The notes: a model not told the origin generated them from the sequence alone. A stretch of 64,000 nucleotides of DNA from an uncultured virus (IMG/VR IMGVR_UViG_3300032167_000097) (IMGVR_UViG_3300032167_000097), one strand, 5' to 3'. Positions 31,852 through 42,897 are shown, counted from the stretch's first letter. A program made the numbers and translations.

Positions 31852-33069
31852 TTAAATAAGTTTACTTACTGTGTTTATCAACGTCTTATTGACATTGACA
31901 TTTTTTATCTCCTTTTGTACTTCATTTTTAAATGCATTATCAATTTTCTCTATCGCTTTTGACAAGTCAGATTCTATATCGAAAGCAACAAACATAATAG
32001 CCAGCTCTTTGAATCCATATATCTTATCAATATATACAGGGTCAAATTCTGATAATGCGTTAAATTTACCTTTTATATCATTTGCGGCTCTAATAATATC
32101 CGAGTTATTGTATGGTCTTTTCTCTTTGAAATAAAAATATTCAATGAAATCTGATAGTGCTGCGTAATTAATTGTTCCACTATTACGACCAATCAATCCT
32201 TTGAAATCAAATGTGGCCATTTCATTTAATCTATCAATGACATTATTTGATGCTCTGTTTATATTCATTGTTCTTGAATTTGACTGAGACATCTTTGTTT
32301 TCTGGTCTTCCTGGAAAATAAATTGTCTTGTTTTCTCATCGGTAAAGTTAATAATTCTAATTTCCATCGGATATTGTATATCCGGCTCTTCATCATGCAA
32401 CTCGCACATTGCCAAGTATCTGTGATAACCGTCAGAAATATCAAAATTATCAAGACTTTTAATAACCAGTTCTCTTTCCTTTTCATCATAATAAAAATCT
32501 GCATCAGAATCATATGGTATATTTAACGTAATAGGTGTTGGAATGTACTGATTCTTTTGCATAAGAGCCTTAATTGCTTTAATGGCAATTTTATTCGGTA
32601 CAATTTTAAATAAAATATTTTCGCCTCGAACTATCTTTTTCATAACTCTCTGTGCATTTACGTTGTATTTAATCAATTGTGCCCTTCGCAAATCCATAAA
32701 GAATTGGCTGTTCGTTGCACCAATCCATTGACTATCGTTTACTTTTTCACACTTAATTACAAGCGGAAAATGTATTTGTCTTATCTCAAATTTTTCATTT
32801 AAATACTGTTCTATTTCTATTTTAGTAAAATATTCTTCTTTATAATTTGTTTCATCTGTTGCATCTATTCCGTCTAACAAGCAAAATAAAAGAAATTCTG
32901 TCTGCTCATCAAACATGTATCTCGAAATCATGTCCATAGTTGTGCCAGTAGGAATTTCATATTTGTCTAACATATATTCTCTTATTTTTATACATGTTTC
33001 ATTGTTAAAATTAATCTTATCACATTTCTTACTTAAGAACTGTTCTAATTCTTTTCTATCTTTTAACAT
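31852..33069 (-). CDS. YopQ (SroE)-like DndB/ParB-fold protein
   Basis: YNVNAQR, TPITLN, ISDGYHR (DGQHR-like), FIFQEDQKT; start MLKDR with AGGAGG RBS. Confidence 0.7.
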   Translation of the reverse strand: MLKDRKELEQFLSKKCDKINFNNETCIKIREYMLDKYEIPTGTTMDMISRYMFDEQTEFLLFCLLDGIDATDETNYKEEYFTKIEIEQYLNEKFEIRQIHFPLVIKCEKVNDSQWIGATNSQFFMDLRRAQLIKYNVNAQRVMKKIVRGENILFKIVPNKIAIKAIKALMQKNQYIPTPITLNIPYDSDADFYYDEKERELVIKSLDNFDISDGYHRYLAMCELHDEEPDIQYPMEIRIINFTDEKTRQFIFQEDQKTKMSQSNSRTMNINRASNNVIDRLNEMATFDFKGLIGRNSGTINYAALSDFIEYFYFKEKRPYNNSDIIRAANDIKGKFNALSEFDPVYIDKIYGFKELAIMFVAFDIESDLSKAIEKIDNAFKNEVQKEIKNVNVNKTLINTVSKLI

Positions 33070-33132
33070 ACGTGTATACCTCCTATTTGCCAACATTATA
33101 TTACATTTATATAATTTTGTCTAGTAATATAT

Positions 33133-34116
33133 TTAAAAAATGATTTTTGACATAATATCACACGATTTTGTTTCACCCTCCTTTTTTTGTCCTCTAATAT
33201 ATAATTCTGTCGTTTGAGGGCTGCTATGATCCATACAGCTCTGAACAAAATATATATCATGTGTTTCATTTAACAACTGCGTTCCGTAAGTAGCTCTTAA
33301 TTTATGAGGTGTAATATGTTTTCCTTCTATTGATTTCGAATATTTATTTACCACTCTATAAATTGAACTCTGATCCATCCTTGTTCTTTGATTAGAAATA
33401 AATAAAGCACTCTCATTTACGCCGTCCAAAATAATTTCTCTTTTTATTAACCAATCCTTTATATATTTCATTAAATCTTCTGATATTAAACGAGTACGAA
33501 TTTTATCTCCTTTTTCATTAGTAGTAAGCGTCATATTATCAAAATTAATGCTGCTTACATCTAATTTATATAAGGCAGAACATCTAATTCCCATGTTTAA
33601 GAAAATCATTATAATTAATAAATCTCTTTCTTTCCACGCTTCTTGTCTTGCAATCGCCCTGTTTGTTCCGGTTCCACTTTTTACCGAAGATAGATATTTT
33701 TTTATTTCTCTTTTTTCAAGATATCCCTTTTCTCTTTTTTCTTTTGTATCCTCTCTTTCTTTAAATTTTGGTCTTTCAATATATTTCATTGGATTATCAG
33801 AAGTTTTATTGCTTGCGATTAAATATGTCGCAAATTTTTTCAATCCGGAATAAACACTTATTTGATATGGAGTTGTCATGTCTTCGATAGTAGATAAAAA
33901 ATTAGTATAATCATCAAGTCCAATATCTACGATTTCTTTTTCTGTAAAATTAATAAAATTTACAACATAGTTTAAATAATCATATTTGGTTGAATATGCT
34001 AATCTACTTCCCATATAATTATAAAAACCTCTCAAATAATTCTTATCTGTATTATTTTGTATTATTTTATCTATTTTCTTTTTATATTTATTATCATATG
34101 CTTCTTTTCCATTCAT
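33133..34116 (-). CDS. Tyrosine recombinase (XerC/D-like; YopP/SroD position)
   Basis: MGIRCSAL (R), EKGDK (K), TPHKLRATYGT (HxxR), DHSSPQTTELY (H, Y): full catalytic set. Confidence 0.92.
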   Translation of the reverse strand: MNGKEAYDNKYKKKIDKIIQNNTDKNYLRGFYNYMGSRLAYSTKYDYLNYVVNFINFTEKEIVDIGLDDYTNFLSTIEDMTTPYQISVYSGLKKFATYLIASNKTSDNPMKYIERPKFKEREDTKEKREKGYLEKREIKKYLSSVKSGTGTNRAIARQEAWKERDLLIIMIFLNMGIRCSALYKLDVSSINFDNMTLTTNEKGDKIRTRLISEDLMKYIKDWLIKREIILDGVNESALFISNQRTRMDQSSIYRVVNKYSKSIEGKHITPHKLRATYGTQLLNETHDIYFVQSCMDHSSPQTTELYIRGQKKEGETKSCDIMSKIIF

Positions 34117-34126
34117 ATAATCCCTC

Positions 34127-34354
34127 CTATTGAATTTCTTCTAATTTTTCAATAACTTCATCTAATAAATCTACAGCTTCATCCATACAGCTAATCGCCT
34201 CTTCTGACTCCTCTCCTCTCATTGAACACTGAAGATTTTCTGGCATGCTATCAAAAGCATATTCTTCTTCACTTAATATATCTTTAAGATATTTTTTTAT
34301 TGTTTCCATTTCTTTGATAGTTCTCGATATTTTATTTCTTCTTTCTTTATTCAT
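34127..34354 (-). CDS. Hypothetical coiled-coil phage protein
   Basis: MNKERR...DSMPENLQ.S.RGE motif; in the repressor operon. Confidence 0.65.
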   Translation of the reverse strand: MNKERRNKISRTIKEMETIKKYLKDILSEEEYAFDSMPENLQCSMRGEESEEAISCMDEAVDLLDEVIEKLEEIQ

Positions 34355-34372
34355 AAACTTTCCTCCTTGTTA

Positions 34373-34924
34373 TTAATATCTTCTTGTATGACTACTATGC
34401 CCTCGAAAAACTCGTCCTCCTAAATCTGTATATTCCTCTTGAGTTATTTCTTCTTTTTCTTGTACTCCAAAAGAAACCTCCGCTTCATTATCATTATAAT
34501 AACACTTCACATAGTATCCGCCGATGCCATCATAATCTGTATCTCCATACAAATAATATCTCTTCATGGTAGAAAGTTCAGTATAATAAAACCTATTTTT
34601 AAATTCGGGATAGTATAGATCTGCAAACTTTTTTCCTTCTTTAATTGCTTTATTAATCCTTTCCTGATTTTCTCTTTTTATTCTGTCCATACGAGAATCT
34701 GCCAATGTCTGACCGGTTTTTACAGACTTAATTTTTCCATCATGTCTATAAACTCTTTTGCCAGTAGAAAGCATATACTCTCTTCCGTGACTATCTGTCC
34801 ATGTAAGGCTGTTTTCTTTTCTTGCCTTATCTTTAAGCTCTCCATCATATTTCGCATCTTTAAAAGTATCAATAAGAAACGCTCCTCCAGTAAATACTGC
34901 TGCAAATACTCCAAATAATCCCAT
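34373..34924 (-). CDS. Membrane-anchored hypothetical protein, first gene of the repressor operon
   Basis: Hydrophobic N-terminus MGLFGVFAAVFTGGAFLI. Confidence 0.6.
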   Translation of the reverse strand: MGLFGVFAAVFTGGAFLIDTFKDAKYDGELKDKARKENSLTWTDSHGREYMLSTGKRVYRHDGKIKSVKTGQTLADSRMDRIKRENQERINKAIKEGKKFADLYYPEFKNRFYYTELSTMKRYYLYGDTDYDGIGGYYVKCYYNDNEAEVSFGVQEKEEITQEEYTDLGGRVFRGHSSHTRRY

Positions 34925-34949
34925 ACTGACCTCTCCTCTCCTTTACTAC

Positions 34950-34978
34950 ATTATACCAACAAATACTAAAACAGTCAA
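34950..34978 (-). promoter_or_regulatory. Near-consensus sigmaA promoter of the repressor operon
   Basis: TTGACT-N17-TATAAT with TG extension; motif B at 34985 just upstream of -35. Confidence 0.8.
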
Positions 34979-35018
34979 TATCTGTATAATTTTGCTTAGT
35001 TAATTAAGTCAGAATATT

Positions 35019-35057
35019 AAAAAGACACCGGTTATACCGATGTCTTTCTTTTTTTTG
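35019..35057. terminator. Bidirectional intrinsic terminator
   Basis: AAAGACA-CCGGT-TAT-ACCGA-TGTCTTT with A and T tracts on either side. Confidence 0.75.
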
Positions 35058-35058
35058 T

Positions 35059-35289
35059 TTATGCAGTTGTCAGCAGACCGATCCTTAACTCAATCTGCTC
35101 TAATCCATCAACAATTTGAGCGTAACCACTATCCTTGTCAATGTATGTATTGTCGCCATCATATGTGCCTTCGATACATTTTGCGTTATAAATCATTTCC
35201 ATTTTATTATATGCATCTTCACTGTCTTTGCACTGAATAAGCTTAATTTTAGTGTTAATACTATTTGTAATTGCTAAAATTGTCTCCAA
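35059..35289 (-). CDS. Small protein under an SOS-box promoter (candidate antirepressor)
   Basis: 76 aa, TTG start with AGGGGG RBS, monocistronic. Confidence 0.55.
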   Translation of the reverse strand: METILAITNSINTKIKLIQCKDSEDAYNKMEMIYNAKCIEGTYDGDNTYIDKDSGYAQIVDGLEQIELRIGLLTTA

Positions 35290-35393
35290 TGATGCTTCCC
35301 CCTAACTGTTAAATACATTATTTGGTTATTAATTCTATTTTAATGTTGGAATATAATAATACACACCGTTAGTATCATAACGCCAACCAAAAC

Positions 35394-35407
35394 AGAACAA
35401 ATGTTCG
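35394..35407. promoter_or_regulatory. LexA/DinR SOS (Cheo) box
   Basis: AGAAC-AAAT-GTTCG just downstream of the -10 element. Confidence 0.7.
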
Positions 35408-35414
35408 TGTTATG

Positions 35415-35443
35415 ATTGTATTATAATTTCTTTTCCTCGTCAA
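35415..35443 (-). promoter_or_regulatory. SigmaA promoter adjacent to the SOS box
   Basis: TTGACG-N17-TACAAT. Confidence 0.65.
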
Positions 35444-35546
35444 GACATAAATCCAACATTATTTCTTTTGTTCTCCTTTCTACCTTAATTATATCATGTA
35501 TTTAATATTAATTATCTGGTAGTTTATGGGTATAAGCATCTTATAA

Positions 35547-36170
35547 CTATTCTTGCAATTTTTCTTCTTTGCGTTCCATCTTACAAATACTTACCTCGTA
35601 AGCAATCTTGATTTCCACTTCATTATCTGCAATTTTCTTTGTATATTCCCTACTCTGAATTCTTCCCCAAATCCTGCAACGCTCACCCACTTGGAAGCTG
35701 CTTGAATATCGGGCGTTTCTTCCCCAGCTGATGCAGGGAATATAATCACTTTTTCCGTAAGGACGATTTATTGCTAACAAGATGTCGGCCACTTCCCTTC
35801 CTAACGGTGTTGTTCGATAGATTGGATTTCTACAAATAAATCCTTCTAAGAACACCTCGTTAACATTTTCATGTTTGTCTAAAACCTTTATTTCATTAAT
35901 AAATACATAAAGAATAAGTTTGTTCTTATCTTCCTCGTGAGCATTTCGAGATCTGAATTGACCGTTAACAGTTACATATTTGTTAGTATAATTTTCTCTT
36001 ACGTTAATTGTTCTATCAGATACTTGAATTGGTAGCGAATCATTTATTCCACTATCTCTTTCTACTGATAGCTTTGTCATGTAGAACTTTTCACCAAATA
36101 GCTCATAGCTAAATGCGAACTCTGCTGTAATCATTCCGCTAATAGTTACTTTGTTGTTTTCTACATTCAT
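35547..36170 (-). CDS. ssb: Single-stranded DNA-binding protein (clostridial double-OB type)
   Basis: NNKVTISG, GEKFY, YRTTPLGREVADILLAINR.YGKSDYIPCISWGRNA, GRIQSREY. Confidence 0.88.
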   Translation of the reverse strand: MNVENNKVTISGMITAEFAFSYELFGEKFYMTKLSVERDSGINDSLPIQVSDRTINVRENYTNKYVTVNGQFRSRNAHEEDKNKLILYVFINEIKVLDKHENVNEVFLEGFICRNPIYRTTPLGREVADILLAINRPYGKSDYIPCISWGRNARYSSSFQVGERCRIWGRIQSREYTKKIADNEVEIKIAYEVSICKMERKEEKLQE

Positions 36171-36361
36171 CCATTTTTCTCTCCTTTTATTAATGTAAAA
36201 ATTTGTTACATCTACACTTTACATCTACTCTATACAACTGTCAGTATTCAAAAATATCCAAATTTTCACAAAAAAATAGTAGAAAAATTGTTCTAAAAAT
36301 AGTACAATCTTAAACGAAATATTTTTTACGCTATATTTTACAAAAGAGGAGAAATAAAATT

Positions 36362-36994
36362 ATGCCAGATTCACGTTCTGAAAGAGTAAAACGATTTGCC
36401 GAAATGCACACAAAGGCCAGAGATAAGGCTGGAAGATCTCAGGAATTTATGGCATTGGAGCTTGGTGTAGCAAAGAAAACAGTTCAAAACTGGGAAAAGG
36501 GTATTAGCTCACCTTCCTTTTTTCAAAGTCTTGAATGGTTCCGGGTTCTTAATATAAACCCGATGCCTTATTATTTATCTATTTTATATCCGGATAAATA
36601 TAGTACAATACAAAATGCATCTACAGATGAAGAAGTTAATACGGCGTTTTCCATTTTAACAGAGCAATTATCTATAAATGATAAAAAAGCCTTTCTGTAT
36701 TTTTATTATGGAGAACATGGCAGCCCTGCCAATACACTTATTCAGTTATTGTTAGCTCATGCCCACACTCCATTACAAACTCGTATTACCCAGGCAACCT
36801 TAACTTATCACATGTATGAAATGGAGAAGGAGCGTGATAATTTGATTTGTACAGATGCAATACTTCCTGATATAGATCAGTTAAATAAATCCATTATGAG
36901 AGCCAGGATATCTGCTATTCACCATGAATATGGTTACACTCTATTAAATGAAGATGATGAAACAGAATTTGAAGACGAAGAAGAGTCAGTATAA
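36362..36994 (+). CDS. XRE-family HTH transcriptional regulator
   Basis: SQEFMALELGVAKKTVQNWEKG; AGGAG RBS; the only convincing plus-strand gene. Confidence 0.85.
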   Translation: MPDSRSERVKRFAEMHTKARDKAGRSQEFMALELGVAKKTVQNWEKGISSPSFFQSLEWFRVLNINPMPYYLSILYPDKYSTIQNASTDEEVNTAFSILTEQLSINDKKAFLYFYYGEHGSPANTLIQLLLAHAHTPLQTRITQATLTYHMYEMEKERDNLICTDAILPDIDQLNKSIMRARISAIHHEYGYTLLNEDDETEFEDEEESV

Positions 36995-37012
36995 AAACTG
37001 ACTCTTTTACTT
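36981..37012 (+). terminator. Intrinsic terminator
   Basis: AAGAGTCAGT-ATAAAA-ACTGACTCTT followed by T-rich tail. Confidence 0.75.
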
Positions 37013-37582
37013 TTATTATATATGTTATATTTACTTATTGTTTTTCTTCATAGTTTTCAACACATCATTATACGACATACCAAATAATTGACCAACAAAG
37101 AAAATTTGCATGTCTAGTCCTTTGGCTCCATAACGTGATTTATTTATACTAAGAGTTTCCAAACATTTTTCTAATGTTATATTTGTATTCAAGTCTTTCA
37201 TTTTGTTTTCCTTTTGTTCTATAAAATTCTCAATGCTTTCTTTACAATCTTTACAATAACATTTTTCTGGATTAAACATCTTGTTCATATTTGTCATAAT
37301 ATTCTGTGTCGCCGTATCAAAAGCAACCCGGTTATCATTTGTTGGATTAATATCTTTTCCATAAATATCAATCGTATAATATGTATTTCCTTTTATTTCT
37401 TTTCCACATCTACTACATATATATTTTTTCATTTTTGTTTCTCCTAATCATAAAACCCAACTTGTTTATATCATATGTTGCAAACAAGTTCATCAAAGAA
37501 TACTTTTATTCACATACGATAAACTTGTTTGTAAACCAGTTTACAAACAACTTCCTGTTGAATCAAATTTCACTTTTATCAA

Positions 37583-38341
37583 CTACGCAGCAACATAATT
37601 TTTATCATTCCTGATATCTAATTCATAACTATACAAAGCTTCGTATACTTGTTCCGGAATAATATCTTTATATTCATCTGCAAGTACTTTGATATATTTT
37701 CCCTTTTCCTTGGCATATCTTGCATACGCTTCCTCTACCGTACTATAAACACCGAGTTCATCATGATTGTATTGTGCCAAATACCCATTTTCAACTTGTA
37801 CGATACCATTAGGAAGACCACGGTTATTGCTTTTATTCGTAAACAGCATACTAATTCTCTGTGGAATTACCAAGCATCTATCCGGTGCATATACCTTATT
37901 GCCTGGATATAAAATATCTTTGTCAACATGAAGTCTTTCATCAACATTATATTTATGTTCCTCATACCAGTCTGCAAAGGTGTGAAAACAATGCCATTCA
38001 CTACACACCGTTGCTTTTCCATAATATGCAGGATACTTTTCTTTTTCCTTTTCTCCATAACAACGAGCAATAATTTCGTGCCAAATATTATATGTTCTTG
38101 AAGTTTTTCCATCAACTTTTGTTGGGTGATCCCCAATACCAATATAACCAACACCATGTACAACTCTATCATATGGATTTTTAACTACGCCTCTTCTGAA
38201 ATTTACATATGTCTGATGCTTTTTGATATAATGAAACTCATCTAAAAATTCAATATCTATATCCTGAGCATTAACATATCTAATAATTCTCATAGGTGTT
38301 CCTCTTGTGTTTCTATTTATCTCGTATAATCTTTCGTTCAA
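37583..38341 (-). CDS. HNH-like phage homing endonuclease
   Basis: WHEIIARCY, VCSEWHCFHTFADWY, LHVDKDIL.PGNKVY, LPNGI; the HNH asparagine appears replaced (QRISML). Confidence 0.65.
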   Translation of the reverse strand: MNERLYEINRNTRGTPMRIIRYVNAQDIDIEFLDEFHYIKKHQTYVNFRRGVVKNPYDRVVHGVGYIGIGDHPTKVDGKTSRTYNIWHEIIARCYGEKEKEKYPAYYGKATVCSEWHCFHTFADWYEEHKYNVDERLHVDKDILYPGNKVYAPDRCLVIPQRISMLFTNKSNNRGLPNGIVQVENGYLAQYNHDELGVYSTVEEAYARYAKEKGKYIKVLADEYKDIIPEQVYEALYSYELDIRNDKNYVAA

Positions 38342-39103
38342 TATTAACTCCTTTCATAAAAGTAAAGAAAACTAGAATTCTATTCTACTCTTTCTAAATT
38401 ATCTTTTGCAAAAATACTACCAACATCACAAATATAACCATATTCATCATGAATTAATTCATTGTATATTCCACCATCTTCTCGACATTCTTTTTCAAAA
38501 TTATAAGCTTCTTTTTCTATAAGAATATCTCCTTCTTTTAATTGTCGAAGGTTTGCAATACAATCTGCTTTTACTTTATATTTATCTCCTATCATATCAA
38601 TACCTCCTAAATCAGCCTTTGATTTGTTTGCCATCTTTAATATACACTCCATCAAAACCATCTTTAGGACGCATGCCTGTTTCCCAATAACTCATTGCTG
38701 GAATAACTATCAAATCTCTTTTGCGTTTACCACATTTAATACATTCTGCTCTCCAACATTCCTGAAAGCAATCATCTTTAAAAATTGTATCTTCATAAAT
38801 TCTTTTCTTATATTGATGAAAACAAATCAATTTCTTCATACTTACCCCTCCATCAAACCATTCTTTTATCTACTTTATATATTCTTGAATTATTTCTTTA
38901 ATCTGGCTTACTTTATCAGCAGTGAACCAATCATCTCCACCATCATCTAAAGTCTCCCATACTTCGTTATCAATTCTTTCAAGAATTTCTTCTAATGTTT
39001 CTTTTAATTCTTCTTTCATAATTTCTCCTATCCTACTAAATCAAACCCGTCTTTTATTATTTTAACAAGCTATCTTATTCATTTCAACAATATTTTCCAT
39101 TTC

Positions 39104-39721
39104 TTAATGCTTATGGAAGTATACTGCATCTCCTTTTTGCATCCTCCAACAATGCTCTGAAGTATTCACACATGTTCCACAGTTTCCACCACACTTATTT
39201 GCATTGTCAGGTATCTTCGAATCACTTTCTGTTCCGAACTCAACCCAAGCAGTAGGTAGATTATGAGGATTATCACAAATCCATTCTCCCCAATTGCTAA
39301 GTACAAGAATTAAATTCTTAGGCTTTCTGTGATTGTTTAAGTATTCATTAACTAACTCATACTTCTTAGTAAAACATAAGAACTGAGTTCCCTTATGCTT
39401 TCTAGCCAACCAACACATTCCTTCTAAATATCTTTCGTTAACAATGTCTCCTGATGAATGCCAACGGAAGAACTTATATGGTAACATATTCAATTGGTTA
39501 TCTAAAATAGAAAAGAACCTATCTGCATCTTCTATGAATGCATCCAGATTCCTTTGCAAACTTGTTTTAACATTGTTGTATGTAAAGTTCCCTTTGCAAG
39601 CATAACATCCTTTTCTACAAGGAGCGTCTGCTCTACAGGTCATTACTGCTGGAAGATTAACTGTTCCAATACCAATTCCTAATTTACTTACTGTGTTACT
39701 GATTCGTGGATATACGTTCAT
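39104..39721 (-). CDS. Gp88-family phage protein
   Basis: NLPAVMTC..APCRKGCYA, FFRWHSSGD, CFTKK, CGGNCGTC...CW, YFHKH. Confidence 0.75.
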   Translation of the reverse strand: MNVYPRISNTVSKLGIGIGTVNLPAVMTCRADAPCRKGCYACKGNFTYNNVKTSLQRNLDAFIEDADRFFSILDNQLNMLPYKFFRWHSSGDIVNERYLEGMCWLARKHKGTQFLCFTKKYELVNEYLNNHRKPKNLILVLSNWGEWICDNPHNLPTAWVEFGTESDSKIPDNANKCGGNCGTCVNTSEHCWRMQKGDAVYFHKH

Positions 39722-39742
39722 AATATTCTCTCCTTTTCATAT

Positions 39743-39774
39743 AAAAAAGACACCAGATATTTTCTGATGTCTTT
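39743..39774 (-). terminator. Intrinsic terminator
   Basis: AAAGACA-CCAGA-N5-TCTGA-TGTCTTT; preceding A tract gives a U tail on the minus strand. Confidence 0.7.
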
Positions 39775-40841
39775 GTGATTAATTTATTTTGTCTAGTTTT
39801 GCTTATCAAACGAGACTTTTATTTGCTCTCTGCTTTTACTTCCGCTTACCAAATCAACAAAGGTTTATTTGCCTTTTCTACCAAAGAATAACTATGTCCC
39901 TTTCTATCATTGCTTTCTATAAACTCTTTAATAAGTCTTTCTGACTCTTTTACAAACTCATCATATGAAAGAGATAAATCAAACAAATCTGTTCCATCTA
40001 CATAATCGTAAGGCATTTGTGTGTCACCTTTATACCCATATCCAGTATCTTCATTAGCTACATAGAAATCGTATGAATATGCTAATTCAAATACATCATC
40101 GTCATAACCGTCATAATAATATTTTATTAAAACGTCCACGCAAATCTCACCAATTCGAATAAAACCAATATAGTTGTCTACGAGTTCCCGTAGCTTCTCT
40201 TTATCGTTCGTATAATTTCTTTCTGTTAATTCATTCCAATTAAATTTCATAATCCTCTACCTCCTAATAAAATGTGAGTTTTATTTACTCTCTTCATAAT
40301 CGTTTACTGTGCGACTTAATACACTAACCGCCCATTCGTCCATGTGTCCATACTGTGATATCTGTGAAGCAATATGGATAATATCCTTCAATTGTTTTTT
40401 GTTTTCATTTACACCAACATCTTTAAAATATGTATAAAGAGCATTGGATAAAGTAACTAATTCACCAGATTTAAATTCAATAATTGCACCACTTTGTACA
40501 AATTTATCATCACCGTTTATAATCTGTTTAATTTTTGCCATGTCTATTCCGCCTTTCTATAACATTGCTTGAATGGTATCTATCAAATTCCAGTATTCCA
40601 TTCCATATAACTTTGCATCATTACCACCTTCATACCGGTCTTTCTGTTCGGTTTCATCTGCACAAGGAATTTCAATTCCTTTTTCATCAAGCAAGTCTTC
40701 AAACAGTTCTACAATTTCTGTTGCAAGCTTACTCTTTTTATTTTCTTCAATCTCTTCATCTGTAAGATTTTGAATTCTTCTTAATTCTTTTACATAATCA
40801 TTCATGTTGTTTACCTCCTAAACCAAAGACGAGTTTTATTG

Positions 40842-41174
40842 CTACTCTTCATCCCACACTAAATTTACATTGCAAAGTGGGCAATTTTCTTCTCCACGAT
40901 GTACTTGATGTTTGTTTCCTAATGCTTCACACACAGGACAAGAATACTTGATATAAGCACCATTTGGCATATAGTGATATGCTAATGGTTTAACTCTTGT
41001 TATTTTCTTGTGTACTGGAAGATTTTCTCCTTCTTCTTCACCTGCTACTGTACCTTCAATTACTGTTGGTTGATAATCTAATTCATCATAAAGCATTCGC
41101 TTTCTCATTCCATCAGTTTCAAGCAGCCAATTAGGTGTGTTTGATTTCATTCTATCTGCATCAATTAATCTCAT
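40842..41174 (-). CDS. Zn-ribbon phage protein (paralog of 53524..53856)
   Basis: MRLIDAD N-terminus, CPVC...CPLC. Confidence 0.75.
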   Translation of the reverse strand: MRLIDADRMKSNTPNWLLETDGMRKRMLYDELDYQPTVIEGTVAGEEEGENLPVHKKITRVKPLAYHYMPNGAYIKYSCPVCEALGNKHQVHRGEENCPLCNVNLVWDEE

Positions 41175-42897
41175 ACTTTATTCCTCCTAACCAAATTCCG
41201 ATTTTATTTATTTAAACTCTTCTGATACTTCCATTGCTTCAAACTCTTCTTTTCCAAAAATTTCAATGTAGTTATATGTATCATTTTCCAGTTCTAAATC
41301 AACTGCTGAATTATTATCATATAATTGTATATTTCCTTTGTAATAAGCATCTGCAACTTTATCTTCAGCTTCTAAATAATCTTCAGCTTCAACAACTACC
41401 GTTCTTGTTAATAATTCTGTTACCTTTTCTGCATATTTCATATTCAATTCCTCCTTAATTAAATCCTGATTTGCTTTACTCGATTGTAAACACCGTTTCT
41501 ACAATACAATCCGTGTGCCAAAAATATTCTGTATCATCTGTTCTACAATATCCATTGTGTTCATTGCTACCAAGAGAGATACGTTCATCTGGTGAGTAAT
41601 CCATTTTACTTTCTAACACGTTTACACTTCCTTTAAGAAGATTGATTTCCCATTCGATCTGTTCTTTTGCTTCTTGTTCTGTTCCTCTAACTACCAAAGT
41701 TAGTCGTTTACTTTTAGTATCAAATTTTGTTACTGTATAAATACGTTTCATATCAATTCCTCCTATCATAAAATCTTGCTTTTATTCATACTCATTTATA
41801 CATAAGCTAATTCCATATTTACATAATGTTGCTCTGTTTATGTACAAAGTCTTACCCTCAAACCTAATTGCTTCTTCTTCCTTGTCGTAAAACTCTGCCT
41901 TTGGTGGACGCAATCTTCCAGTAAATACTCTATTTCCGGTATCCCATAAAGATTCTGTTACAAGAGTTACATCTTTTGATAATTTTGTTTTTTCAATCAT
42001 GTTATCTACCTCCATCAAATTGTGTTTTGGTTTACAGTACAAACCACCAGTTATTGCATGTGCTTTGTAGCTTATCTGTATCAATCTCATCTCTGTCGCA
42101 GAATCTTTCAATTCCTTCTGCGGAGCCTCTTGCTTCTGAATATCTACAAATCCAAATCTCTCCATCGAAATCATCAATCTCAATCTGCTCGTCACCACTG
42201 ATTTCTCTTTCAAGTTCCTCTGCCCTTAATATCAATTCATCTGTTCTATCCATATCAACACCTCCATCAAATCACTCTTCTATTGCTAGTTCAATAAGTT
42301 CTTCAATTTCATCATATGGTATATTAACATCCCACCAATCAATCTCTGATGTTCCACCATCAATCTCTACTGTTGGCGAAATACAACACTCACCATAAGC
42401 AGCTTCAATATGATTGGTTGGAAATTCAATACTAATTTCCATTGATACCGCATCAGGATATTCTGGAATATTAAATTCATATAACATTTCCTTTGGTGCT
42501 GTAAAATACAACGTTGTAGTTTCATATTCTTCGTCATCATATCTTTCATCAAATTTAATTCTTTTATCAATCATAATTAATTCCTCCTTAAAATCGTCAT
42601 TCTATCAATACTCATCAAACACATCTACAAATCTAATTCCATATTCTTCTAGCCTTGCAAGAATAAAATCTCTTACATCAGAAGAGAAATCTGACGCATC
42701 ATATTTATCAATTTCAAAATGCTCAAACAATTCTTTCAGCATTTCATAAGCACCACCCCAAAGAATATCCTCGTACTGTTGATCCGTGGTGCAAGCAAAT
42801 ACTTCTTTCCCGTTTAATTTAACTTTCTCCCAACAATATCTGCCCATATTTTGTAGCTCTTTATCATCTTGTAATTCATCTATTGATTTAAATTCTT

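Noticed and set aside
30907..35300. Arbitrium aimR/aimP system
   Set aside because: No TPR receptor or secreted pro-peptide recognisable
41782..42213. ORF starts as given for 41782..42213, 511..777, 2836..3291 and 49445..49975
   Set aside because: They run through motif A and an internal RBS; true starts are probably downstream of the site, e.g. 42000 for the first
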